From the sequence record PP400785: a stretch of 64,000 nucleotides of DNA; one strand, 5' to 3'. The position numbers and the translations under genes were made by a program. Shown piece by piece: positions 1 to 10,071 of the stretch (position 1 is its first letter; each line of letters begins with the position of its first letter). The notes beneath the pieces were generated by a model, which made no database searches, had not been told where the DNA came from, and saw only the letters and a program-made list of their open reading frames with translations. This DNA is from Escherichia phage FL08.

Positions 1-152
1 GCCATTCACATGCTTAGGGGCAGAGACTAACCGAATAGCAATCCGATGACAATCAGGACATACATCAGTATCTCTTTCAGAAATTTTCTTGATTTTTTCG
101 TATTCTTTTGCGCAGTCTTTTGATTGACATTTATAATCATAAAGCGGCATAA

Positions 153-566
153 TTATTCCTTAAAGTGAGCTTTCAACATCTGATACAAGGACCATGCCTG
201 TTCATCATTTTCAATAGTAACTTTCATTACAGGGAATTTAGATTGATCAGTTATCGGTGCAGATTCTTCCTGCTCTTCAGCTGCCTGGTATGGATTTTCA
301 ACTTCATTAAAGAATTCAGCTTCATTCGATGAAAGCCAAATAAAATCTTCATCCAAAATATCTTTACCAGAAGATAGTACTAAATTTCCAGCAAATGACA
401 TAATTTTAATAGGACGCCCAAGAGCATCCACATCTAAAATTTTAAAAGGGTGCATACCTAAACGGCGTGCATAGATTCCGTTATCAGTATGGTCTTTAAT
501 AAAATTTTCTTGAGCTTGTTTATTTTTAAATTGATACCATTTATTAACTTCAAATTTAATAGCCAT
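153..566 (-). CDS. hypothetical protein (137 aa)
   Basis: ORF tightly packed in minus-strand operon; no recognisable motif. Confidence 0.45.
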   Translation of the reverse strand: MAIKFEVNKWYQFKNKQAQENFIKDHTDNGIYARRLGMHPFKILDVDALGRPIKIMSFAGNLVLSSGKDILDEDFIWLSSNEAEFFNEVENPYQAAEEQEESAPITDQSKFPVMKVTIENDEQAWSLYQMLKAHFKE

Positions 567-784
567 TAATAAATTTCCTTCCAGTAAGTTGTGCCATCTT
601 CAGTGATTTCACGAAATACACCGTAAATTGGTTGTTTATCCCCAACCTTTTCATACACATAAACCGAAGTCAAGTGAGTAAACTTAGCAGTGTGTTCCTT
701 TTGAACTACTACCAAATCTGGATCGAATAATACATCTTCAAATTCATCATTAGTGCAATTCTGAACAATTTTACGTTTCATCAT
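566..784 (-). CDS. hypothetical protein (72 aa)
   Basis: ORF abutting downstream gene with stop/start overlap typical of T4 translational coupling. Confidence 0.4.
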   Translation of the reverse strand: MMKRKIVQNCTNDEFEDVLFDPDLVVVQKEHTAKFTHLTSVYVYEKVGDKQPIYGVFREITEDGTTYWKEIY

Positions 785-854
785 AATTTCCTCATTAATT
801 GAACATTGGAGCGATGCGTTTCAGAAGAGTATCAGCGCACCTTTAACGAATTAT

Positions 855-950
855 CCATTTTATTCTTCAAGTTGTTTTCTGTATCAGTAGTTGATATTGA
901 TATAGTACCATAATCAACTACTGATGTATATAGTTTTATGAAAAAATTTT
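855..950 (-). promoter_or_regulatory. early-promoter-like repeat cassette (possibly decayed)
   Basis: Shares tatagtaccat core and upstream leader-like sequence with other cassettes in window but lacks clear GTTTAC -35. Confidence 0.35.
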
Positions 951-955
951 AAACT

Positions 956-1447
956 TTATGCATAGCGAGCTTTGCTGTAGTGTTTAATCCAACTTTCAGG
1001 AATGACTTTGTATGTTCCTAAAAATACCGCGTTGTATAACTTAACGCCATCTTCTACCCATTGATCAGTAATGTATGCACACATAGCGCGAGTACGCTGA
1101 GGAAGTGGTTGTCCACCTTCGGTAAATTCAAACTCATAAGGAGCAATGAACTTGATAGCTTGACCAAGTTTCCACTTAAAGTCTACACCTACATGCGAAG
1201 TATCAATCGTTTCAATTCCTTTAGCAGGAACAGCTTTCAAAAACGCAGGCTCAAGAAATTTCCATCGAACATAACCAAACTGGGGCTTAGACATTCCATC
1301 TTTAGCAATGATACGTACTTTTACTTCAGAATCTTCATCTTTAACACCGTGTTTAAGCTGAATGCTTACAACTTCGACCAATTTTCCTGCTGCTTTAGAA
1401 CGGGATTTATCAGATACACGAGCAATTTCACCGATATTAATATTCAT
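956..1447 (-). CDS. hypothetical protein, paralog A of tandem pair (163 aa)
   Basis: C-terminal segment YITDQWVEDGVKLYNAVFLGTYKVIP closely matches neighbouring ORF 1521..2069. Confidence 0.5.
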   Translation of the reverse strand: MNINIGEIARVSDKSRSKAAGKLVEVVSIQLKHGVKDEDSEVKVRIIAKDGMSKPQFGYVRWKFLEPAFLKAVPAKGIETIDTSHVGVDFKWKLGQAIKFIAPYEFEFTEGGQPLPQRTRAMCAYITDQWVEDGVKLYNAVFLGTYKVIPESWIKHYSKARYA

Positions 1448-1520
1448 AATTATCTCTCACTTGTTAAAAAGATTTTATACTCCACAGGACCATTATACTC
1501 TGGTCCCAAGAGTTTGTAAA

Positions 1521-2069
1521 CTAGCTTACACGAACATTAATCACTGCGCTACGAGGAACTACAGAGTATTCTCCAGCATGAACTACGTTCAGAAGTTCAA
1601 CACCATCTTCAATCCACTGGTCTGTTACCCAACCACAGATAGGATTATCAAAAGGACGACGGATAGACACAGCAGCACACAACAGGTCTGTAGGGTCTTG
1701 TTCTTCAACTTCTTGGAACAGGATGAACTCATCTTCATAAACCAGGTTTTTCTTTATTTTGTTATTATCTAACCGGCGACCGTGGATGACGTAAGATTTG
1801 TCAAACCACTCACTTTTGGCAAATTCTTCAACAATAAATTCGCCTTCGCCAAAAACATCAGTCAGAGTTTTATGACCAGAAATCAAGGCATTAGTTTTAA
1901 TTTTAGGTTCAACCAGTTTGTAGGTTTTGCCGATTTCAATAGCGGTAGTCATAGTAGGTTCCTTAATTTCCAGTGGTTTAACAGGGCATACATAAGTGCT
2001 TACAACATCAAAATCAATCAGTTTAGCTACCGGATTTGGTATGTATTCAGGATTATAATTAAATTTCAT
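1521..2069 (-). CDS. hypothetical protein, paralog B of tandem pair (182 aa)
   Basis: C-terminal segment GWVTDQWIEDGVELLNVVHAGEYSVVP matches ORF 956..1447. Confidence 0.5.
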   Translation of the reverse strand: MKFNYNPEYIPNPVAKLIDFDVVSTYVCPVKPLEIKEPTMTTAIEIGKTYKLVEPKIKTNALISGHKTLTDVFGEGEFIVEEFAKSEWFDKSYVIHGRRLDNNKIKKNLVYEDEFILFQEVEEQDPTDLLCAAVSIRRPFDNPICGWVTDQWIEDGVELLNVVHAGEYSVVPRSAVINVRVS

Positions 2070-2071
2070 AA

Positions 2072-2572
2072 TTATCTCATTTCAATAAAATCTACGAGTT
2101 CAGCATGCGATTTGCGGAACATTACTTGGTGCCCACCAATGATAACTTCATCTTCAGGAACTTCGTATACAGCGAGATAAAATCCTTTAGAAGATAATTC
2201 TTCCCGCTCTTCTCGTGTGAACCATCTCATCATATCATATTCACTAGCGAAAGCAAAATGATAAAGACCTATAAACCATCCTGGAATATGATATTCTACT
2301 CCAACATAATCTTTCTTGAACTTAGTATTAATTACTATATTAGCGTTTTTAACTAATAGTTTATCTTCGTGTGGTAAAGGAATTCTTTTATTATTATCGC
2401 TGTGATGCATAAAATTAGGTCTGTCATAACCTACGTGTAATAGCCACTCTTCGCTCCATGAATCTATTATACTCCTGTACGGCGTTATTTGAACACAAAG
2501 ATTTCGACGTATTGTTATAGCATCTTCATTATTAAGAATACTAAAAGATGATTCAACACGATAAATTTTCAT
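2072..2572 (-). CDS. hypothetical protein (166 aa)
   Basis: ORF in operon, early promoter-like sequence (GTTTAC ... TATTAT on minus strand) just upstream at ~2595..2636. Confidence 0.45.
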   Translation of the reverse strand: MKIYRVESSFSILNNEDAITIRRNLCVQITPYRSIIDSWSEEWLLHVGYDRPNFMHHSDNNKRIPLPHEDKLLVKNANIVINTKFKKDYVGVEYHIPGWFIGLYHFAFASEYDMMRWFTREEREELSSKGFYLAVYEVPEDEVIIGGHQVMFRKSHAELVDFIEMR

Positions 2573-2635
2573 TTTATTATCCTCAGTAGCTATGGTGTTA
2601 TAATACCATAACTAACCGAGGAAGTAAACAACTTT

Positions 2636-3319
2636 TTATCGTTTTGTTGGAAGAGATAGAGGATCGCATTCTTCCTCTGATGGAGCGTCTTCAAGACCCA
2701 TAGCATACCGCAAAGCATACTTCATCATCAGGATGTCTTTCGCACAGTCATGAATAGAATCATGTGCAACAAATCCATCTAAAGTTCCCTTTGGAAGAGG
2801 ACACGTGGTCATATCACGAACAAGGAGAAGTGCTTCAATTCTGGTACGAATATCACGCTGATTCCAGAATTTACATGGTTCTAGCTTAAATGTGTCAAGT
2901 TCATTCTCAGAAACACCATTAAGACGTTGAATATCACGAATTAGATCGACTAAAATTGGAAAATCAAACGACATTCCACGGCACCAGCCTTGAGATTTCC
3001 AAGGATCGATATTATGCGAATTGATGTAATCATTAAATTTTGCAATACCATCGATGGTGCTTACATCTTCATCTGATGGCGCAATATTTTTTCGAGCTTC
3101 GGGAGATTGATTCTTCCACCATTCGATAGTGCTTTTAGTAAAAAGACGATGTCCTTTTTGGCTTTTTAAATCAAATTTGATTTTAATGCCGCGTGAAACT
3201 AATTCATCAAATGTTTCAACTACTTCTGGGTTAGGGTCAAAAGCAATTACAGCTAAATCAATAACAGCTGCTTTTTCACCACTTCCCATTGTTTCAAAAT
3301 CTATAATAAAATCAAACAT
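2636..3319 (-). CDS. dexA: exonuclease A (DexA), DEDD-type 3'-5' exonuclease
   Basis: 227 aa, N-terminal FIIDFETMG acidic exonuclease motif; size and position next to dda as in T4. Confidence 0.85.
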   Translation of the reverse strand: MFDFIIDFETMGSGEKAAVIDLAVIAFDPNPEVVETFDELVSRGIKIKFDLKSQKGHRLFTKSTIEWWKNQSPEARKNIAPSDEDVSTIDGIAKFNDYINSHNIDPWKSQGWCRGMSFDFPILVDLIRDIQRLNGVSENELDTFKLEPCKFWNQRDIRTRIEALLLVRDMTTCPLPKGTLDGFVAHDSIHDCAKDILMMKYALRYAMGLEDAPSEEECDPLSLPTKR

Positions 3320-3594
3320 TAAATTTTCCTTGCTAAATCGCGAATTTGACCTACAGTATAGTCTTGAATATAAACTTTATTAATAGGTTCATCAATAAAT
3401 TTTGCCATAGATTCAATATCTTTTTGCATCTCTTCAAGACTGTATATTATCTTTAAAGCTTTTTCGCGAATAGTAATATTTTCAGGACCAGAATTTTTCT
3501 CAATGACAGCTTTAACATTTGTCATAAGAGATTTAAACTGACACCAACTTAATTCAATCATTAATAACCGCCTTATAAAGATGGCTAATTTCAC
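3319..3594 (-). CDS. hypothetical protein (91 aa)
   Basis: small ORF between dexA and dda, packed. Confidence 0.4.
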   Translation of the reverse strand: MKLAIFIRRLLMIELSWCQFKSLMTNVKAVIEKNSGPENITIREKALKIIYSLEEMQKDIESMAKFIDEPINKVYIQDYTVGQIRDLARKI

Positions 3595-3814
3595 CTAAAA
3601 TGTAATCGCTGATTGTAACAGTTTTTACTTCACCACAAAAGAATTCTAACGCAATCAAATCTCGTTCAATTTCTTCCAATTGAAGCATTAACTTGCCTGA
3701 TTCAGTTTTCACATTTTTGCGATTTTTGCTATAAGCTATTTCATAAATTTCGCTTACTTTATCTTGAAGAAGATAAAACTGATCTTTAGTTATTTCCACG
3801 AATAGCTTCCTCAA
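3554..3814 (-). CDS. hypothetical protein (86 aa)
   Basis: small ORF between dexA and dda; start may lie downstream of track start. Confidence 0.4.
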   Translation of the reverse strand: MRKLFVEITKDQFYLLQDKVSEIYEIAYSKNRKNVKTESGKLMLQLEEIERDLIALEFFCGEVKTVTISDYILGEISHLYKAVIND

Positions 3815-3820
3815 ATTTAA

Positions 3821-5140
3821 TCATACATAAAATACATCATAACGACCACGGGTAACACCAACATAAAGAAGTTGTTGGGCCAATTCAGCATCTGCATAAT
3901 GAATGCAAGGCGTATAAATGAAAGCACGGTCTACAGACATACCCTGAGCTTTATGGAATGTTGATGCAGGAAGTGCTTTCACTTTACTAAACTGTGATTT
4001 AGCATCCCAAAAATCACTCCATGGAGCTTTTCCGCCTTTGTTCCAATTTTTATAAGTTTCTGCCGTTTTACCTAAAAATAGGTTAAACTTATACAGTTCT
4101 TCATCAGATGAAATTATTTTAATCTTTTCACGATAATATTCATCATCGCCATAAGTTTCTACTGTTAAATCCCAGTGACGAATTAGATATTCTCCAGAAA
4201 CACCACGAGCTTTAACAAAGGTTGATGTATACTCTGCTTCTATAATACGAACTAATTGTCCGTTATTAAAAATAATTTCTGACACAGGCTTTCCATCAAT
4301 TTTATATGTTTTAATTAATGGTTCCTGCATTACAATAATTTCACCGACAATAAAATCTTTATCAGTTTCAAAAATCTTTTTACGAATAATGCTATTTAAC
4401 TTGTCAACAGATTTATTCGTAAATGCCATTACGCGATTTTCAAACAAATCATCTAGTGATTTGACGATTGAAAAATAATTTACCATAAAATCGCGTAAAG
4501 CGGTATCACCAGTAAATCCACGTACTCCATGCCCGTCAACAACTTTATCATAAATCCACTTACCGTTACGAACGTCAGTAGCTACATCAATAATAGGAGC
4601 ATTACTGCGTTTAACTTCAGTGAGTTCACACTGATAAAAATCTTTGTGTGTAAAGAATGGACTGATATAAGCAGTATTTTCTCCTGGGTCAACAGGTCTA
4701 ATTTGCTTATTATCACCTATTCCAATTATAGTACACCAAGGTGGGATAGTTGAAAGCAAAATTTTGAAGAGCTTTCTATCATACATTGACACTTCGTCGC
4801 AGATTAATACCCTGCATTTAGCTAAATCTGGTACTTCTTTTTGTTCAAAAAGAACGTTTTCTTCATATGTTACTGGGTTAATTTTAAGAATGCTGTGAAT
4901 AGTACTTGCTTCTTTCCCAGATAGTTTTGAAAGAATCTTTTTAGCTGCATGAGTAGGAGCTGCTAAAATAATACCAGTTTCACCTGTAGATATTAAAGCT
5001 TCAATGATGAATTTGGTAAGAGTAGTCTTACCAGTACCAGCAGGTCCATTAATAGTTACATGATGTTTCTTTTCTTTAATAGCCTTCATAACAATGTTAA
5101 AGGCATTTTTCTGGCCTTCGGTCAAATCATCAAATGTCAT
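3821..5140 (-). CDS. dda: Dda DNA helicase (SF1B)
   Basis: 439 aa, Walker A GPAGTGKT, sequence recognisable as T4 Dda; T4 size 439 aa. Confidence 0.9.
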   Translation of the reverse strand: MTFDDLTEGQKNAFNIVMKAIKEKKHHVTINGPAGTGKTTLTKFIIEALISTGETGIILAAPTHAAKKILSKLSGKEASTIHSILKINPVTYEENVLFEQKEVPDLAKCRVLICDEVSMYDRKLFKILLSTIPPWCTIIGIGDNKQIRPVDPGENTAYISPFFTHKDFYQCELTEVKRSNAPIIDVATDVRNGKWIYDKVVDGHGVRGFTGDTALRDFMVNYFSIVKSLDDLFENRVMAFTNKSVDKLNSIIRKKIFETDKDFIVGEIIVMQEPLIKTYKIDGKPVSEIIFNNGQLVRIIEAEYTSTFVKARGVSGEYLIRHWDLTVETYGDDEYYREKIKIISSDEELYKFNLFLGKTAETYKNWNKGGKAPWSDFWDAKSQFSKVKALPASTFHKAQGMSVDRAFIYTPCIHYADAELAQQLLYVGVTRGRYDVFYV

Positions 5141-5448
5141 CGTAAATTCCCTGCAATTGGTATACTAACAATACGCCCAGTATCTAAAATTCGCTGATAT
5201 AATCTTTGTGTGTCTACATCAGGCTTAACATGTTTAACTTCTATTTTATTAAACCAAAATTTACGTGGAGTCTCAACTAATCTTGGAATTCCCTTACCTA
5301 AAGCTAGTCGATACTGCTCTTTAAGAGTAGTAAATACTTTATCAGCAATATTCCATTCAAAAAATACAGCAGGACGATGTTCATCAAGTGGAACTGGCGC
5401 TGTAAATCCGTCTTTGTCTCGGTAAACTATCGCATATACATAAACCAT
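5137..5448 (-). CDS. hypothetical protein (dda.1 position)
   Basis: 103-aa ORF overlapping dda start by 4 nt. Confidence 0.45.
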   Translation of the reverse strand: MVYVYAIVYRDKDGFTAPVPLDEHRPAVFFEWNIADKVFTTLKEQYRLALGKGIPRLVETPRKFWFNKIEVKHVKPDVDTQRLYQRILDTGRIVSIPIAGNLR

Positions 5449-5449
5449 A

Positions 5450-6196
5450 TTATCCTCGGATAAGTTTAAAAATTGAACAATTTAGCGGGTATCCTCTTTT
5501 CAGTTTAAGTTTATCAATAAAAGACAAATTTTGATATCGCTCTACACCTTGAATAATTTTATCACACATATCATATTGCATTTCTGCTTCTGACAGCTTT
5601 TTCACAATTTTCCAATCCGAGCCTTTAAGAAGAACGTTCAATTTAACAACTTCAGCGCCTTCTGCTATGCGAGAACCATCAATACGTGCTTTAAGTGCTA
5701 TAATCCTTAGCTTAATGTCAGAGGTCTGTTTTGATTTAGAAAGCTGAGAAATGTGTTCAATTCGGTTTTCACGTTTTTTCTGTATAGCTTTAATTTGATT
5801 ATAAGTCTTTTTGATTTTAGCCCATTTCTTTTCATCTAAATTTAGTTTATGAACTTTTTTCGCAGATGAACGACCAATTCGCAAAGCAAATAAATCACGC
5901 TTTTCAATCAACTCTTCTAAAGTATAATCAGAACGAAATGTATTATACTTTTTCTTTACTGCAATAACATTCCCTTTAATGTATCCAACGTTATTATCAA
6001 AACGTTCTAATGATAATTTCTCTCCTTCAATACGATTATCAAAAGGTTCTCCCGAGTAAGCGCAAACTTTTTGATCTAAAATGTTCTTAATGTAATTGAA
6101 GTCTAAGTTAAAATCTTTAGAACGTCTTTTTGCAGATGCCTGAGTGTGCTCTAAACGACGTTTAATTTTACGAATTTGATTATTAGACAGTTTCAT
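5450..6196 (-). CDS. hypothetical basic protein, possible Srd-like (T4 srd position)
   Basis: 248 aa Lys/Arg-rich ORF between dda.1 and mod genes; assignment by position and size only. Confidence 0.4.
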   Translation of the reverse strand: MKLSNNQIRKIKRRLEHTQASAKRRSKDFNLDFNYIKNILDQKVCAYSGEPFDNRIEGEKLSLERFDNNVGYIKGNVIAVKKKYNTFRSDYTLEELIEKRDLFALRIGRSSAKKVHKLNLDEKKWAKIKKTYNQIKAIQKKRENRIEHISQLSKSKQTSDIKLRIIALKARIDGSRIAEGAEVVKLNVLLKGSDWKIVKKLSEAEMQYDMCDKIIQGVERYQNLSFIDKLKLKRGYPLNCSIFKLIRG

Positions 6197-6319
6197 ATTT
6201 TTCTCACATCTTACGGACGGTTAACTACTTATACTATAACATTTTTACTTTAACTTGTAAACAACTTTATGTAAAAATGCTTTAAAACTTTCGTGGTATA
6301 ATGAATCTAAGTCCTTCCA

Positions 6320-6922
6320 TTATAGATTAAATCCTTCAAAATCAAGAGTATAGATAGCGTATGTTGAATACTTTTTGTACTCATATCTATCTGCAATTCT
6401 AAATACACTTCCAGCTGGTATCATTACTTCTTGTTCATCTGAAACTAATTCCATATTACGATAACGATGGCTATCCGGAAACTTAAAGTTTGGATTGTAT
6501 TCTTTACAGCGTAGAGCTTTTATAGCATACTCCTGGAAATTGAATACCATAGGAGCTTTGAATTCAAAAATAACTTGTGTGTTATACTCTAAACTGGAAG
6601 CAAAATGCAGAGCTATATTTTTATCATATGAAGCTGATACTACTTTATCAAATGTAATAACATCAATTCCTTGATTTAATATTTGTTTAGTCTCAACTGG
6701 AACACCTCTCCAAAGAGGTTTATCGTTTGGTTCCAAACGAGATTTGATTATTTCATTTAACCAAGTATGGTCATCTGGTTTGTTGGTAATACAATGAATT
6801 AAAAGTTCAATTTCAGATAAATTAAACCCTTCAGAAAGTAATTCTTCACGAATAGAAGCACGCACCGATGCATCCATTGATTTTATTTTAAAATCTTTTA
6901 GTTGCATTACTGAGTATTTCAT
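6320..6922 (-). CDS. modA: ADP-ribosyltransferase, ModA-like
   Basis: 200 aa (T4 ModA size); Arg (WRGVP), STS-like (SASYD) and catalytic EQE (EQEVMIP) motifs of R-S-E ADP-ribosyltransferases; modA/modB order assigned by size. Confidence 0.65.
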   Translation of the reverse strand: MKYSVMQLKDFKIKSMDASVRASIREELLSEGFNLSEIELLIHCITNKPDDHTWLNEIIKSRLEPNDKPLWRGVPVETKQILNQGIDVITFDKVVSASYDKNIALHFASSLEYNTQVIFEFKAPMVFNFQEYAIKALRCKEYNPNFKFPDSHRYRNMELVSDEQEVMIPAGSVFRIADRYEYKKYSTYAIYTLDFEGFNL

Positions 6923-7542
6923 TCAACTACCTCAATATCATAAACTTTAAATGTTCCAAATGAATCGTGTAATTTTTCTTTTGAAATAGAAGTTATTTTA
7001 TACTTTCCAATTGGAATCATCCATTCTTGTTCACGCACAATCATCATTAAGTTATCAGTACGCTCTGAATCTAATCCATCAGTATCTTCATACGTGTACT
7101 TAAACTCAGTATTAGGAGAAGAAAGTATAATATCGCTGATATGGTCAGAATAATTAAAAGCTTTATTAGTTTTTAAGCGAAGTATTATTTTAGTAAAATA
7201 TTCAGCGTAAGAAAAAGAACATGCTGTGAGCAAACTAGTAGTAAATGAATCTACCCTGTTCGTTGAAAACACTTCTCCAACTTGTAAATCTTTAATAAGT
7301 TCTTTTGTTGATTTTGATATACCACGATATAACTGATAAGGCGATTTAGTTAAATGCTTTTTAATGATTTTATTCAACTGCCTATGAAGAGCTTCATTCT
7401 TTTTAGCTTCCATACATTGCCAAAGAATTGACTGCTCAAAGTCAGTAAATTTTTCACAGACTTTTTTATACATATCATATTGAAAATCAACGCTTTCAGC
7501 TTTTATAGATAACTGTTCAACATCTGCAAGATTAATAATCAT
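6919..7542 (-). CDS. modB: ADP-ribosyltransferase, ModB-like
   Basis: 207 aa (T4 ModB size); YRG ... STN ... EQEWMIP motifs; paralog of adjacent ORF. Confidence 0.65.
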   Translation of the reverse strand: MIINLADVEQLSIKAESVDFQYDMYKKVCEKFTDFEQSILWQCMEAKKNEALHRQLNKIIKKHLTKSPYQLYRGISKSTKELIKDLQVGEVFSTNRVDSFTTSLLTACSFSYAEYFTKIILRLKTNKAFNYSDHISDIILSSPNTEFKYTYEDTDGLDSERTDNLMMIVREQEWMIPIGKYKITSISKEKLHDSFGTFKVYDIEVVE

Positions 7543-7609
7543 GATAGCCTCCGTATACTTCAGAAGCTATCATATCATCGTTAGAAAGGAAAGTAAACAA
7601 CTTTTTGAA

Positions 7610-7792
7610 TTATTTTGCCCAGGGAGCCCAGGGCGGAGGGTCAAGATGGTATGAAGCTAGTTCTTCTAGAAGAGCATCTGGGGCTTCAATTCCATAATTC
7701 TGTAATACTATACGGTACTCTTTCTTATAATCACTAGAATCATTCTGGATATTCGTAGAATGATTATCTTCTAACATCTCAAATAAATCCAT
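7610..7792 (-). CDS. hypothetical protein (60 aa)
   Basis: small ORF, packing only. Confidence 0.3.
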   Translation of the reverse strand: MDLFEMLEDNHSTNIQNDSSDYKKEYRIVLQNYGIEAPDALLEELASYHLDPPPWAPWAK

Positions 7793-7800
7793 ATTAATTC

Positions 7801-8271
7801 CTAGCGATAAAAACCAAAATGACGATTAGCTTCAATAATCTTTCTTTCTTCTTCGGACATTCTCCAGCGTAGTCCAACATCAAAATGAGCCCAGACCATC
7901 TTAACAAATGCATTTATATCTTTAATATCTTCAATAATGAATGTTTTACTTTTAGAAGGTTGACTAGCTAATTTAACTTTATCGTCTTCAAACAGGTCAA
8001 AAAGACCATATTCATGAGCTCTTTTATAGCCTTTAATAGTTAAAGCTTCAGAAGAAGAAAACGGTGAATCAGTATTCTGCAAAATATCTTCAGTATGCTT
8101 TATAATTAGAATAACATTTTCTGGATATTTTCTTTCTTTTATATCTTTAATTAAAAGATCCGGATTTTCTGCTAAAGGAATAATTAATGAGCACTTTTTA
8201 TCAAGCGTATTCACTGATTTACCTTCTTTAGACATAAATTCTATTGAATAATGTTTTGCTACTTCAATCAT
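7801..8271 (-). CDS. hypothetical protein (156 aa)
   Basis: ORF in operon. Confidence 0.45.
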   Translation of the reverse strand: MIEVAKHYSIEFMSKEGKSVNTLDKKCSLIIPLAENPDLLIKDIKERKYPENVILIIKHTEDILQNTDSPFSSSEALTIKGYKRAHEYGLFDLFEDDKVKLASQPSKSKTFIIEDIKDINAFVKMVWAHFDVGLRWRMSEEERKIIEANRHFGFYR

Positions 8272-8424
8272 GGGATTTCCTTTTGCCTACTAATGGACCG
8301 TCGGGAATTTTGTTTTCCTGGATATATTTCTCATTTTCTTCCATCATTTTACTGCCAATTTTAAGAAGCAAATCCATTGCTTCATTTGCTTTTGCTTTAG
8401 CCTCTTCCAGCGTCATATCTTTGC

Positions 8425-8628
8425 TCATGATTTATCCCCATAGATGTCTCTCATCAATTTAAGCGCTGAGCGTTCTAATTTCTTTTCTTTCTCGGCACTA
8501 ATCATTGATTTCATCCATTCTTCTGATTCGTTCTGCATTTCTTTATTTGCCTGTTCAACCCAACCATCATCAATATACATTGAGTTTGGTCTATTGAACC
8601 ATTCAAGCATCTTCTTCAGAGCTTTCAT
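8425..8628 (-). CDS. hypothetical protein (67 aa)
   Basis: small ORF. Confidence 0.35.
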   Translation of the reverse strand: MKALKKMLEWFNRPNSMYIDDGWVEQANKEMQNESEEWMKSMISAEKEKKLERSALKLMRDIYGDKS

Positions 8629-9100
8629 TTGTTTTACCTAAAACAACAGTAGGAGCATCATCAAATTCATGAATTTTGAGCAAATTTGGATGTAAACTAT
8701 TCCATACAGAAGAAATAAAGTATGATAAAGCATCTTCACTCGCAATTATAAATTTATTTCCTTTATCTATTTTCCAACTATATACTGAATCGTACGAATA
8801 AAAAGATAAAGGTTTATCATTATATTGTTCTGCGCTAACATTAATGTATTCTGATTTAGTAAATGCTTCAATTGCTCTAAACGGAATATTTGGTACAGTT
8901 TCAATAATACCAATCTTTTTAAGTTTTATTTCAGCATCTTCTGGAACTGGCATTGAAACGAAATTTTCTACGAGATACATTGGGTCACAATAACCCTTAT
9001 CAATCATTACTGCTACAGTAATTGGAACATCTTTAGCAAATGACAAACTATTACTGCTAATATACATTTCAAACAAAATCGCTTCCATAATTTTCCTCAA
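8603..9100 (-). CDS. hypothetical protein (about 161-165 aa; possible Mrh-like by position)
   Basis: ORF between modB and soc; start uncertain. Confidence 0.45.
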   Translation of the reverse strand: MRKIMEAILFEMYISSNSLSFAKDVPITVAVMIDKGYCDPMYLVENFVSMPVPEDAEIKLKKIGIIETVPNIPFRAIEAFTKSEYINVSAEQYNDKPLSFYSYDSVYSWKIDKGNKFIIASEDALSYFISSVWNSLHPNLLKIHEFDDAPTVVLGKTNESSEEDA

Positions 9101-9435
9101 TCACAAGATGTAGATGAACAACTAGAATCACAAGAACTTCCACATGAATCGCCCGTCCACACATGAACAGGAACATTAGTATCATATGAATCAGAACTAG
9201 ACTGTGTATTCTGCGTATTAGATGATGTAGGTGTTGACCAACGCCAAGGATTTTTATAATATTCCTGGGCTTCTTCATAAGTCATAGTAACTGCTTCTAC
9301 TGTTCCATCTCCCATATAAACATATTCAACTACAGTTAAAGGAAGGTAGTCATTTGAAATAGGAACTACACCTTCTCCGGGAGTTGTAGAGAAAAAATCC
9401 GTAAAGAAACTTTTAAACCAATTAAAGATAAACAT
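9097..9435 (-). CDS. hypothetical protein with Cys/Ser-rich C-terminal tail
   Basis: Start moved to MFIFNWF (TAATG stop-start overlap with upstream ORF); hydrophobic N-terminus; C-terminus [18 protein letters not shown]. Confidence 0.45.
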   Translation of the reverse strand: MFIFNWFKSFFTDFFSTTPGEGVVPISNDYLPLTVVEYVYMGDGTVEAVTMTYEEAQEYYKNPWRWSTPTSSNTQNTQSSSDSYDTNVPVHVWTGDSCGSSCDSSCSSTSCD

Positions 9436-9647
9436 TACAAAAAGCCTCTTTGAAATTCGACTCTTTGAAATCCACCCCAATCAGTGTATCGCATTTCAGC
9501 ATTGAACTCGACTGAACCATCTGCATGCATCATGAATGAATGCGTGACGACATCACAATCCCAGCTTTTCATACCCCATTTATCAGCGATAGCTTTATCA
9601 AGAACCTTCTGGAGGTCTTCATTTGGTTTAATCCAACGATTTAACAT
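9435..9647 (-). CDS. hypothetical protein (70 aa)
   Basis: small ORF upstream of Cys-rich ORF; stop overlaps its start. Confidence 0.4.
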   Translation of the reverse strand: MLNRWIKPNEDLQKVLDKAIADKWGMKSWDCDVVTHSFMMHADGSVEFNAEMRYTDWGGFQRVEFQRGFL

Positions 9648-9718
9648 AGTGTTCTCCTCTATAAGATATTTTTATTATACCACACTCATTTTGACATGTA
9701 AACCATAAAATGAAAAAA

Positions 9719-9736
9719 GGAATCCCGGAGGATTCC
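9719..9736 (-). terminator. intrinsic terminator hairpin downstream of soc
   Basis: ggaatcc-cgga-ggattcc inverted repeat followed by U-run on minus transcript. Confidence 0.6.
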
Positions 9737-9745
9737 TTAAATTAT

Positions 9746-10003
9746 TTAACCACCGACACCAGGTGTCGGTGTAACAGTCCAAAGACCTTCATTAGCAGTG
9801 ATCCATTCAGTACGCTGATTTTCTTCATATACTGTAGAATATGCTGCTTTTTCAGAAGGGAATGTCTGATAATGAGCATCAGAAATTTTGTGAACATCAG
9901 AATAAAGAGGGAAAGCTACAGAAATTTCTTTACCCTGAATTGTACCACCATCAACTGCTTGGTCAAATGTTTTGATATTAACATAACCACGAGTACTAGC
10001 CAT
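9746..10003 (-). CDS. soc: small outer capsid protein Soc
   Basis: Sequence MASTRGYVNIKTF...ISVAFPLYSDVHKIS...YQTFPSEKAAYSTVYEENQRTEWI recognisable as T4 Soc. Confidence 0.85.
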   Translation of the reverse strand: MASTRGYVNIKTFDQAVDGGTIQGKEISVAFPLYSDVHKISDAHYQTFPSEKAAYSTVYEENQRTEWITANEGLWTVTPTPGVGG

Positions 10004-10033
10004 GTAATTCTCCTTTTATTTAAATTACATGAT

Positions 10034-10041
10034 TATTTATA
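10034..10041 (-). promoter_or_regulatory. late promoter (TATAAATA) for soc
   Basis: Minus-strand TATAAATA about 30 nt upstream of soc ATG; matches T4 gp55-dependent late promoter consensus. Confidence 0.6.
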
Positions 10042-10071
10042 ATAAATTCTCGCGGCTTTTAAGACGAGCTG

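Noticed and set aside
1061-1772. Plus-strand ORFs 1061..1519 and 1362..1772
   Set aside because: Antisense to the tandem paralog genes on the minus strand; low-complexity translations, no ribosome-binding sites.
9710-10042. Plus-strand 110-aa ORF overlapping soc
   Set aside because: Antisense to soc, whose sequence is recognisable; the late promoter and terminator orientation support the minus strand.
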